NCBI GenBank assembly: GCA_037381445.1
Contig: JARRQT010000086.1
Location: 1-14,130 of the forward strand
DNA from: Calditrichia bacterium
GTDB taxonomy: Bacteria > Calditrichota > Calditrichia > RBG-13-44-9
Direction: 5' to 3'
Length of the DNA: 14,130 nucleotides
The notes below the pieces were generated by a model, which ran no database searches, was not told the DNA's origin, and worked only from the letters and a program-made list of their open reading frames with translations. Of this stretch, positions 1 through 6,198 are shown piece after piece (the stretch's first letter is position 1; every line of letters begins with the position of its first letter). A program made the translations under genes and the position numbers.

Positions 1-1
1 T

Positions 2-652
2 GGTGAACGATTTCCGCAGCACCAGGAAGCGCAGCTGTCCCACGTGGGACCTGAGGTCGAAAACGGACAGGCCGCTCTCCTCAAAATATTGCTGGGAGAA
101 GTTGAGGATGGCGTTCATGGTATCGTCCTGCAGCCAGCACTTTTCGATGTGCATCACGCGGTCGAAGGCGCCCGGCACATGATAGCCCAGCGCGAACCCC
201 TTTTCGATTTCGGGATTATTCAGTTCCTCCGCCACCAGCCAGCGGTTATGGGTGAAGCTGAATTCGGTTTTGTTTCGGTAGCCGTACACCAGCGGGGAGG
301 GCAGGGTGTGATGGACGATCTCCGGCAGCAGGCCGCCGATATGCTCCAGGCTTTCCACCACCTGTTCTTTTTTGAATTCGAGCTGATGATCGTAATCAAG
401 GTTCTGCCATTTGCAGCCGCCGCAGTCGCCGAAGTGGGCGCAGGGGGCGGGCTGCCGCAGGCCGGAAGGCTCCAGCAGCTCCTTGATGCGCGCTTCCGCG
501 TAATTGCTCTTGATCTTGCTGATGCGCACCACGGCGCGGTCGCCGGGAATGCCGCCGTCCACGAACACCACCCGGTCTTTCACCTTGGCCAGGCCCCGTC
601 CGCCGAAGGCCAGTTTATCTATTTTGACTTCTATTTCCTGTCGTCTTTTCAT
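2..652 (-). CDS. rlmD: 23S rRNA m5U1939 methyltransferase RlmD/RumA (5' part; runs off the window start)
   Basis: Not in the ORF track. Manual translation from the ATG at 652: MKRRQEIEVKIDKLAFGGRGLAKVKDRVVFVDGGIPGDRAVVRI... (TRAM domain), then the Fe-S motif CAHFGDCGGCKWQNL and QLEFKKEQV. Confidence 0.92.
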   Translation of the reverse strand, partial: MKRRQEIEVKIDKLAFGGRGLAKVKDRVVFVDGGIPGDRAVVRISKIKSNYAEARIKELLEPSGLRQPAPCAHFGDCGGCKWQNLDYDHQLEFKKEQVVESLEHIGGLLPEIVHHTLPSPLVYGYRNKTEFSFTHNRWLVAEELNNPEIEKGFALGYHVPGAFDRVMHIEKCWLQDDTMNAILNFSQQYFEESGLSVFDLRSHVGQLRFLVLRKSFT

Positions 653-670
653 ATCGCTTTTTTGTGCGAC

Positions 671-699
671 AAGATAAAGCGGGAAGGCGGGATAATCAA
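671..699 (-). promoter_or_regulatory. Putative sigma70-type promoter for rlmD
   Basis: Minus strand reads TTGATT-N17-TATCTT, the same hexamers and spacing as upstream of tRNA-Ser. Confidence 0.55.
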
Positions 700-767
700 T
701 GGAAATTTAAGAGAGGCGCCGCCTGATACATTGCCGCAAAGGGGCCGCCCGATCATCCGGGCAGGAC

Positions 768-795
768 CCGGGGAAAGCATCGCTGCCTTCCCCGG
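768..795 (-). other. Stem-loop downstream of trpB2 (3' stabiliser or non-canonical terminator)
   Basis: Minus strand CCGGGGAAGGCA-GCGA-TGCTTTCCCCGG: 12-bp stem with one G-U pair and a GNRA loop; no U-tract. Confidence 0.5.
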
Positions 796-822
796 AATTG
801 CTGCCCTCCGCATCATGGAAAA

Positions 823-2151
823 TCAGGCGGTCTCCACCCTTTCCTTTTCGGCGACGTGATTGTTCAGCGCCCCTTTCATGTAGGCCTCGTATGCGGAAAG
901 GTCCAGCAGGCCGTGGCCCGAGAGGTTGAAGACGATAGTCTTATCTTTGCCTTCCGCTTTGGCTTTGCGGGCTTCCAGAATAGCGGCCTGCACAGCGTGG
1001 GACGATTCCGGCGCGGGTACGATGCCTTCTGCCCTGGCAAACAGCATGGACCCGCCGAATATCTCTTCCTGTTCCAGCGTCATGGCGGAGATGAGGCCGT
1101 GGTCCAGCAGCGCGCTTACCATCGGCGACGCCCCGTGATAGCGCAGTCCGCCGGCGTGGATGGTGGGCGGAATGAAGTCATGTCCCAGGGTGCGCATTTT
1201 CAGCAGCGGCGTCAAACCGGCGGTGTCCCCGAAATCGTATTCGTAAGTACCCTGGGTGAGGGTGGGGCAGGAGGCGGGTTCCACCGCTACGATTTCCAGG
1301 TCGCGTCCGTTGATTTTGTCGCGGATGAACGGGAAGGCCAGTCCGGAGAAGTTGCTGCCGCCGCCGTGACAGCCGATGATGACATCGGGATAATCGTTTA
1401 CCATCTTCAACTGTTTCTGCACTTCCTGGCCGATCACGGTCTGGTGCAGCATCACGTGGTTCAGCACGCTGCCCAGCGAGTATTTGCTGTGTTCATCCTG
1501 CACCGCTTCCTCGATGGCCTCGGAAATGGCGATTCCCAGGCTTCCCGGGCAATCGGGATCTTTGGCCAGAATCTGGCGTCCCGCCTGGGTGCGGTTGGAA
1601 GGCGAGGCATAGATTTCCGCCCCGTAGAGGTTCATCATGGTTTTGCGGTAGGGCTTCTGCTCATAACTCACTCTCACCATGTAAACGGTGCACTCCATCC
1701 CGAAGATGCTGCAGGCGTGGGCCAGCGAACTTCCCCACTGCCCGGCGCCGGTCTCGGTGACCAGCTTTTTGGTGCCGCTGATCTTGTTGTAATAGGCCTG
1801 CGCGATGGCGGTGTTGGGTTTGTGGCTGCCGGTGGGGGAAACGCCCTCGTATTTATAGTAGATATGGGCGGGGGTGTCCAGCAGCGCTTCCAGCCGGGTG
1901 GCGCGGATCAGCGGCGTGGGACGGTAGATCATGTAGGCTTCGCGTACCGGGTCGGGAATGGGGATCTCCCGCTGGGGGCTCATCTCCTGTTCGATAAGCG
2001 GCATAGGGAATATGGGCAGCATGTCGTCCGGTGAAATGGGCTGTTTGGTGCCGGGGTGAAGGGGCGGTTCCAGGGCAAAGGGCAGGTCGGCCGCTAAATT
2101 ATAGAAGTGGGTCGGAATTTCGCTTTCCCTGAGAAAAATCTTGCGTTTCAT
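823..2151 (-). CDS. trpB2: Tryptophan synthase beta chain type 2 (TrpB-like PLP enzyme)
   Basis: 442 aa with TrpB2-type motifs: [27 protein letters not shown] (PLP lysine), [57 protein letters not shown] upstream. Confidence 0.95.
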   Translation of the reverse strand: MKRKIFLRESEIPTHFYNLAADLPFALEPPLHPGTKQPISPDDMLPIFPMPLIEQEMSPQREIPIPDPVREAYMIYRPTPLIRATRLEALLDTPAHIYYKYEGVSPTGSHKPNTAIAQAYYNKISGTKKLVTETGAGQWGSSLAHACSIFGMECTVYMVRVSYEQKPYRKTMMNLYGAEIYASPSNRTQAGRQILAKDPDCPGSLGIAISEAIEEAVQDEHSKYSLGSVLNHVMLHQTVIGQEVQKQLKMVNDYPDVIIGCHGGGSNFSGLAFPFIRDKINGRDLEIVAVEPASCPTLTQGTYEYDFGDTAGLTPLLKMRTLGHDFIPPTIHAGGLRYHGASPMVSALLDHGLISAMTLEQEEIFGGSMLFARAEGIVPAPESSHAVQAAILEARKAKAEGKDKTIVFNLSGHGLLDLSAYEAYMKGALNNHVAEKERVETA

Positions 2152-2184
2152 GGTGCATCTCCTTATTGGTTTTTGAATAAAAAC

Positions 2185-2217
2185 AAAAAACCCGTCGCCG
2201 GACTTGGCAACGGGTTT
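2185..2217 (-). terminator. Intrinsic terminator (attenuator) in the trpB2 leader
   Basis: Minus strand AAACCCGTTGCC-AAGTCC-GGCGACGGGTTT followed by TTTGTTTTT, about 35 nt before the trpB2 start. Confidence 0.9.
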
Positions 2218-2249
2218 CTTTAATATATGGATTATAAATTAAAAGTTAT

Positions 2250-2327
2250 CTAGAGGACATTCCTCACCCGCTGCCAGAGATGGCGCCACCACCAAGCGAA
2301 AATGGTTTGGGTGAAGAACAACGACAT
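2250..2327 (-). CDS. trpL: Trp attenuator leader peptide (25 aa, MSLFFTQTIFAWWWRHLWQRVRNVL)
   Basis: ATG at 2327, TAG at 2250. Three consecutive TGG codons plus a fourth. Lies directly upstream of the terminator, and its segment TGGCAGCGGGT (2266-2276) is complementary to the terminator 5' arm. Confidence 0.9.
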   Translation of the reverse strand: MSLFFTQTIFAWWWRHLWQRVRNVL

Positions 2328-2356
2328 AATTTCTTTTTCCTTCAAAAAATTCATTT

Positions 2357-2386
2357 CAAATATAGGAGTGAAATTCAAAAATGCAA
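2357..2386 (-). promoter_or_regulatory. Putative promoter for trpL-trpB2
   Basis: Minus strand TTGCAT-N16-TATATT(TG), about 30 nt upstream of the leader ATG. Confidence 0.5.
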
Positions 2387-2456
2387 ACAATTTTTTTCAG
2401 GAATTGAAATTGGCAATCGGACGGCGGACGGCGCGGGGAGGGAAACAAAAAATGGC

Positions 2457-2487
2457 TTGATTTAATTTACAAAGATGTTTATCTTTG
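2457..2487 (+). promoter_or_regulatory. Putative promoter for the tRNA-Ser operon
   Basis: TTGATT-N17-TATCTT(TG), about 33 nt upstream of tRNA-Ser(GCT). Confidence 0.6.
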
Positions 2488-2519
2488 CCGTGCTTTTTGG
2501 TCTAACCATTGTTTTTGCC

Positions 2520-2614
<95 letters not shown>

Positions 2615-2616
2615 CG

Positions 2617-2665
2617 AGTGAGATTTTGTAAGCGGGCGCAGGAGGCTTATGATGTCTCACTTTTT
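2617..2665 (+). repeat. Hairpin H copy 1 (terminator-like)
   Basis: AGTGAGATTTTGTAAGC-N11-GCTTATGATGTCTCACT followed by a T-tract; also present at 2766 and 3327. Confidence 0.85.
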
Positions 2666-2676
2666 CTTAGAAGCAA

Positions 2677-2760
2677 GGAGGGCTAGTCCTAATTGGTAAG
2701 GCGGCGGTCTTGAAAACCGCTGCGCGCAAGCGCTTGGGGGTTCGAGTCCCTCGCCCTCCG
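2677..2760 (+). tRNA. tRNA-Ser(TGA)
   Basis: Acceptor stem GGAGGGC/GCCCTCC, anticodon arm GCGGT-CTTGAAA-ACCGC, variable arm GCGC-GCAA-GCGC, T-arm GGGGG-TTCGAGT-CCCTC, discriminator G; CCA not encoded. Confidence 0.93.
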
Positions 2761-2897
2761 CAGGAAGTGAGATTTTGTAAGCAGAAGCGGGAAGCTTATG
2801 ATGTCTCACTTTTTTTATGGGTAAAGAGGCTGGTGGTGAGCGGTAAGGCGGCGGTCTTGTCGCGGGAAGCGGTCAATCCGTGAAAAACCGCTGGGGG
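2752..2897 (+). repeat. ~146-bp direct repeat, copy A (tRNA 3' end + hairpin H2 + degenerate tRNA-Ser)
   Basis: Matches 3313-3459 with 5 substitutions and 1 indel by manual alignment. Confidence 0.95.
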
Positions 2898-2928
2898 AGG
2901 AGTGCAATATCTTGGTTGACGAGTCCCT
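2824..2928 (+). pseudogene. Degenerate tRNA-Ser(TGA) copy P1 with a 24-nt insert in the anticodon loop
   Basis: GGTAAGGCGGCGGTCTTG-[insert 2860-2883]-AAAACCGCTG is identical to the tRNA apart from the insert. Remnants GTGCAATATCTTGG and CGAGTCCCT match the variable and T arms. Confidence 0.8.
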
Positions 2929-2970
2929 TCAATTCTTAAGGGGGCTGTCCCTAATCATTTCGCAGAGAAT

Positions 2971-3213
2971 ATGTATCACGCATATATATTAAAAAGTCTC
3001 GGTGATGGGAGATTTTATAAAGGGAGCACCGCAGATCTTGAGACGCGGCTAAAATATCATAATGCCGGAAAGGTGAGGTCAACAAAAGCCCACCGTCCTT
3101 GGGTCATCCATTATTATGAAAGCTTTGAAACCAGGACCGAGGCGCTTCAAAGGGAACACTTTTTTAAGAGCTATCAGGGCTATTTGTGGCTGAAAGCTGA
3201 AGGAATAATTTAA
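2971..3213 (+). CDS. Small stand-alone GIY-YIG nuclease family protein (SLX1/YhbQ-like), 80 aa
   Basis: YHAYIL...FYKG are the GIY and YIG equivalents, with RLKYHN (Arg/His), STKAHRPW and EALQRE (catalytic Glu). Confidence 0.9.
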   Translation: MYHAYILKSLGDGRFYKGSTADLETRLKYHNAGKVRSTKAHRPWVIHYYESFETRTEALQREHFFKSYQGYLWLKAEGII

Positions 3214-3321
3214 GCCGGCGGTCATGCCACGGAAGTGGTCACTCCGTGAAAAACCGCTGGGGGAGTTTTGGCGCATCGTTCCGGTTTACGAGTCAATTTT
3301 GCCCCTTTGGGGCGCCCTCCG
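3206..3321 (+). pseudogene. Degenerate tRNA-Ser(TGA) copy P2, overlapping the GIY-YIG stop codon
   Basis: TAATTTAAGCCGGCGGTCATG-[insert 3227-3249]-AAAACCGCTG...CGAGTC...CGCCCTCCG aligns to the tRNA from the D-loop to the 3' end. Confidence 0.75.
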
Positions 3322-3459
3322 CAGGAAGTGAGATTTTGTAAGCAGAAGCGGGAAGCTTATGAGGTCTCGCTTTTTTTATGGGTAAAGAGGCTGGTGGTGA
3401 GCGGTAAGGCGGCGGTCTTGTCGCAGGGAGGCGATCACTCCGTGAAAAACCGCTGGGGG
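3313..3459 (+). repeat. ~147-bp direct repeat, copy B (tRNA 3' end + hairpin H3 + degenerate tRNA-Ser P3)
   Basis: Near-identical to 2752-2897 at an offset of 561 bp; anticodon insert at 3421-3445. Confidence 0.95.
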
Positions 3460-3527
3460 GAATCCGAGGAAGGACCCGCCCCAGGCCCCATCCTTTTGCG
3501 GCCAAGTTCCTTCCGGACAACGAAATA

Positions 3528-3740
3528 CAGAAACCTTATTCTTTTAATAATAACCTTAGTAGCCAGATGGCTGCCAATACCTATCTACCTTATTAGCTTA
3601 TTTTTCTGCAACTTCTCCAATTAGTCCGGCAGATCTTTCTATTTATGAACTGTTATATGCCGGTTAATAAACTAATAAGGTTGGAGATCACGGGGGGGAT
3701 AATGGGCTACTAAGGTAAAAAGAAGGGAATAAGGTTCCTG
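3528..3740. repeat. Nested inverted-repeat element (~213 bp; MITE-like or structured RNA)
   Basis: Four nested arm pairs: 3528-3543/3725-3740, 3553-3564/3705-3716 (perfect 12 bp), 3587-3602/3666-3681 (15/16) and 3626-3634/3655-3663 (8/9). Confidence 0.85.
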
Positions 3741-3762
3741 CGAAAACACGGCGGCGCTACTA

Positions 3763-4410
3763 TCATTTCTTTTTATTCCCGCGCCGCTTTTTAAAGACCC
3801 GCCAGGCGATATATATGACAATCAGCACGCCGATGCCGATCAGGAAATAGACCTCAAAGCGTTTGAAGAATTCAAAAATAATTCCCAGTTTGCTGCCGAA
3901 CAGGTAGGCCACGCTCACCCAGAAAGCCACCCAGATGGCGGCGCCGATCATGTTGAAAATCAGAAACAGACCCCAGCGCATCCTGCTGGTTCCCGCAATG
4001 ATGCCGTTGAACTGGCGCAGTCCCTCGATGAAGCGGGCCGCGATGACGATGATGCCGCCGTGACGGTCAAAAAAATCCTCCAGCTGCTGCAGGCGCTCCT
4101 CGGTCAGCATCACATATTTTCCGATTTTTCGGACCAGCCGCTGGCCCCCGAAATACCCGATGGCATAGCCGATATTATCGCCGATCACCGCGCCCGCAAA
4201 TCCGACGATTGCTACCCACACCACCTGAAAATCTCCCAGGGCGGCAAAAATGGATCCGGTAATGAGCAGGGTTTCGCCGGGGACGGGAAGACCAAAATCC
4301 TCCAGCATCACCCCGAATAAAATAGCCCAGTAGCCGTACTGGTGCAGATACGGAGCAATGGCGTGAATATAGGGTGCTAAATTGTGAAGGTCGGGAGGGA
4401 GTGTTTGCAT
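3763..4410 (-). CDS. dedA: DedA family membrane protein
   Basis: 215 aa with motifs LEDFGLPVPGETLL, GAVIGDNIGYAIG, FFDRHGG, ARFIEGLR and AGTSRMRWGLFLIFN. Confidence 0.93.
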   Translation of the reverse strand: MQTLPPDLHNLAPYIHAIAPYLHQYGYWAILFGVMLEDFGLPVPGETLLITGSIFAALGDFQVVWVAIVGFAGAVIGDNIGYAIGYFGGQRLVRKIGKYVMLTEERLQQLEDFFDRHGGIIVIAARFIEGLRQFNGIIAGTSRMRWGLFLIFNMIGAAIWVAFWVSVAYLFGSKLGIIFEFFKRFEVYFLIGIGVLIVIYIAWRVFKKRRGNKKK

Positions 4411-4486
4411 GTGCCGGCAGCCTTTCGGACCCGAGATGTAATTGATGGGTGAAGCGTAAGGGAATCGGTATTTCTTCCCGGGCGGT

Positions 4487-4654
4487 CTAATGCGGCGGCG
4501 AGAGCATAAAAAGAACCTTCAGCGCAATGCCCGCCGCGGCGTAGGCCATAATGATTCCCAGCGCCCGGACCAACATCCTGTTTTTGTGCTGATACATGAT
4601 AAATGATGCAATGGCCATGCAAATGGCAATTATCAGATACACGTATGTGAGCAT
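4487..4654 (-). CDS. Small hypothetical membrane protein (55 aa, two hydrophobic segments)
   Basis: MLTYVYLIIAICMAIASFIMYQHKNRMLVRALGIIMAYAAAGIALKVLFMLSPPH*. Strong SD GGAGGTG (4661-4667) 6 nt upstream of the ATG. Shorter than any ORF in the track. Confidence 0.75.
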   Translation of the reverse strand: MLTYVYLIIAICMAIASFIMYQHKNRMLVRALGIIMAYAAAGIALKVLFMLSPPH

Positions 4655-4803
4655 TCTAATCACCTCCGTATGGCATATTATTTTTCCCTTTCATTCATGA
4701 TTGTTAATAAAAAGTATTACATTTTACCCTTGTGGTGTAATTTAGTTTCTTGGGCTCTCCCCGACTGTGACTTCTGTCCTAAATCTTTGATTTGTATTTA
4801 AAG

Positions 4804-4832
4804 TTGTTTTCGGGAAGGAACCGTTTTATATT
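4804..4832 (+). promoter_or_regulatory. Putative promoter for tRNA-Glu
   Basis: TTGTTT-N17-TATATT upstream of the tRNA. Confidence 0.45.
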
Positions 4833-4884
4833 ATTGCCTCAAAATTGCTGCAGGCAGCAGTTTTGAGTTCAGTTTACACCATAC

Positions 4885-4957
4885 GGCGCGTTCGTCTAGT
4901 GGTCTAGGACGCCGGCCTCTCACGTCGGTAACACGGGTTCAACTCCCGTACGCGCTA
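4885..4957 (+). tRNA. tRNA-Glu(CTC)
   Basis: Acceptor stem GGCGCGT/ACGCGCT (G1-U72), D-arm GTCTAGTGGTCTAGGAC, anticodon arm CCGGC-CTCTCAC-GTCGG, T-arm ACGGG-TTCAACT-CCCGT; no encoded CCA. Confidence 0.95.
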
Positions 4958-4962
4958 CTCTG

Positions 4963-4996
4963 AAGGCCCCGCTCATCACGGGGTTTTTTCTTTTTT
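4963..4996 (+). terminator. Intrinsic terminator after tRNA-Glu
   Basis: GCCCCG-CTCATCA-CGGGGT followed by TTTTTCTTTTTT. Confidence 0.8.
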
Positions 4997-5030
4997 ATTA
5001 GAAATTATTTCCCTGCGCAGGGCCTGCATT

Positions 5031-5059
5031 AAAAAAGCCCTGTCGCGGAACAGGGCTTT
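5031..5059 (-). terminator. Intrinsic terminator after purM
   Basis: Minus strand AAAGCCCTGT-TCCGCG-ACAGGGCTTT-TTT, about 27 nt past the purM stop. Confidence 0.85.
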
Positions 5060-5085
5060 CCTTGAAAAAATGTGCAGATGTATGA

Positions 5086-6096
5086 TCAGGATTTGGGGAC
5101 AATTTCACCGATTCTGAAAAAGTCCAGTTGGAATTTTTTGGCGTAGCTGAGGAAATTGGCCTGCTGGTCGCGGTCGACGATGAATACCAGGCCGATGCCC
5201 AGATTAAAGGTCTGCTGCATGTCCGGTTCGGGCACGCTGCCGGTTTCCTGAATCAGCCTGAAAATGGACGGCCGCTGCCAGCTCTCCCAATCGAAGCGGG
5301 GCTCCAGACCTTCGGGGACCACCCGGATAGTATTCTTGTATAGACCGCCGCCGGTGATATGCGCCATTCCTTTCACCGAAAAAATTTCGGTCATTTCTTT
5401 AATGATAGGGTAATAATTCAGATGGATTTTCAGAAGTTCGTCGCCCAGCTTGTTGCCGATTTCGGTGATGAAATCCTGCGGCTTATAGCGGGAGAAGAGA
5501 ACTTTGCGGGCCAGGGAATAGCCGTTGGTATGCAGTCCGTTGGACGCCGCCCCGATGATGACATCCCCTTCCTTTATGCTGGCGCCGTCAATGACCTTGT
5601 CCTTGTTCACCACCCCGACGATGGTTCCCGCCAGATCATAATCGCCGGCCTGGTAGAAGTCCGGCATCTCGGCGGTCTCTCCCCCGATGAGGGGCAGTCC
5701 GGCGCTTTTACAGGCCAGGGCAAAGCCGGTGATGATCTGCTGATAAACCGTTTCATCCAGCTTTCCGCAGCCAAAATAATCCAGGAAAAACAGAGGAGCG
5801 GCACCGCAGACGGCGATATCATCAATACAGTGGTTGACCAGATCCTGCCCCACGGTGTCATGCTGATTCATCATCATGGCGACCTTCAGTTTGGTTCCCA
5901 CCCCGTCCGTGCTGGCGATCAGCACTGGATTCTTGTAGTCTCCGGCGGGGAATTCATAGAATCCCCCGAATGCGCCGATGTTCTTCAGCACGCGCTCGTT
6001 GTGGGTTTCGCTGATGAGCTGTTTGACCCTGCCCAGCGATCTCTCCGCCTTTTCGATGTCCACGCCTGCTTTTCGATACGTAAATTCTTCAGCCAT
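5086..6096 (-). CDS. purM: Phosphoribosylformylglycinamidine cyclo-ligase (AIR synthase)
   Basis: Motifs YRKAGVDI, IGAFGG, STDGVGTK, PLFFLDY, GGETAEMP, SNGLHTNGYSL, AHITGGG, TFNLGIG. Start set at the ATG at 6096 (MAEEFTY) rather than the TTG at 6123. Confidence 0.96.
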   Translation of the reverse strand: MAEEFTYRKAGVDIEKAERSLGRVKQLISETHNERVLKNIGAFGGFYEFPAGDYKNPVLIASTDGVGTKLKVAMMMNQHDTVGQDLVNHCIDDIAVCGAAPLFFLDYFGCGKLDETVYQQIITGFALACKSAGLPLIGGETAEMPDFYQAGDYDLAGTIVGVVNKDKVIDGASIKEGDVIIGAASNGLHTNGYSLARKVLFSRYKPQDFITEIGNKLGDELLKIHLNYYPIIKEMTEIFSVKGMAHITGGGLYKNTIRVVPEGLEPRFDWESWQRPSIFRLIQETGSVPEPDMQQTFNLGIGLVFIVDRDQQANFLSYAKKFQLDFFRIGEIVPKS

Positions 6097-6198
6097 GTCT
6101 GCCTTTAAATTTAGATATAACAACCAATCCCATAAAGGGCTTTTTGATCATCGCAATCCGGTGTCAATCATAATGAACCGGCTGACCAAAAGCAAGAC

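Noticed and set aside
44..2034. Long plus-strand ORFs 44..859 and 856..2034, and similar antisense ORFs over purM, fadD, pgpH, corC and selA
   Set aside because: They are shadow ORFs opposite well-supported genes in GC-rich coding sequence, with no recognisable motifs.
2152..2400. T-box or TRAP-type control of trpB2
   Set aside because: There is no T-box consensus or (G/U)AG repeat array, and the leader peptide explains the region.
2280..2465. 61-aa plus-strand ORF
   Set aside because: It is antisense to the Trp leader and crosses divergent promoters, with no coding features.
2677..2760. tRNA with TGA in the anticodon loop read as tRNA-Sec (selA is nearby)
   Set aside because: tRNA-Sec has anticodon TCA and an 8-bp acceptor stem. 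This one has anticodon TGA (reads UCA, Ser) and a 7-bp stem.
2860..2883. Anticodon inserts as spliceable tRNA introns
   Set aside because: They are far too short for group I introns, show no clear bulge-helix-bulge motif, and the host copies have broken acceptor, D and T arms.
2617..3460. Repeats interpreted as a CRISPR array
   Set aside because: The units are long and irregularly spaced, the intervening sequence is tRNA-derived rather than unique spacers, and there are no cas genes.
3268..3624. 118-aa ORF with a hydrophobic C-terminus as a type I toxin
   Set aside because: It runs through the repeat and the palindrome, and the hydrophobic part has no suitable start or SD. The hydrophobicity follows from T-rich sequence.
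4377..4622. 81-aa minus-strand ORF from the track
   Set aside because: It overlaps dedA and has no SD. The 55-aa ORF in another frame has a perfect SD and membrane-protein composition.
6097..6123. N-terminal extension of PurM from the TTG at 6123
   Set aside because: Family similarity begins at MAEEFTYRKAGVDI, and the ATG at 6096 has a purine-rich upstream sequence.
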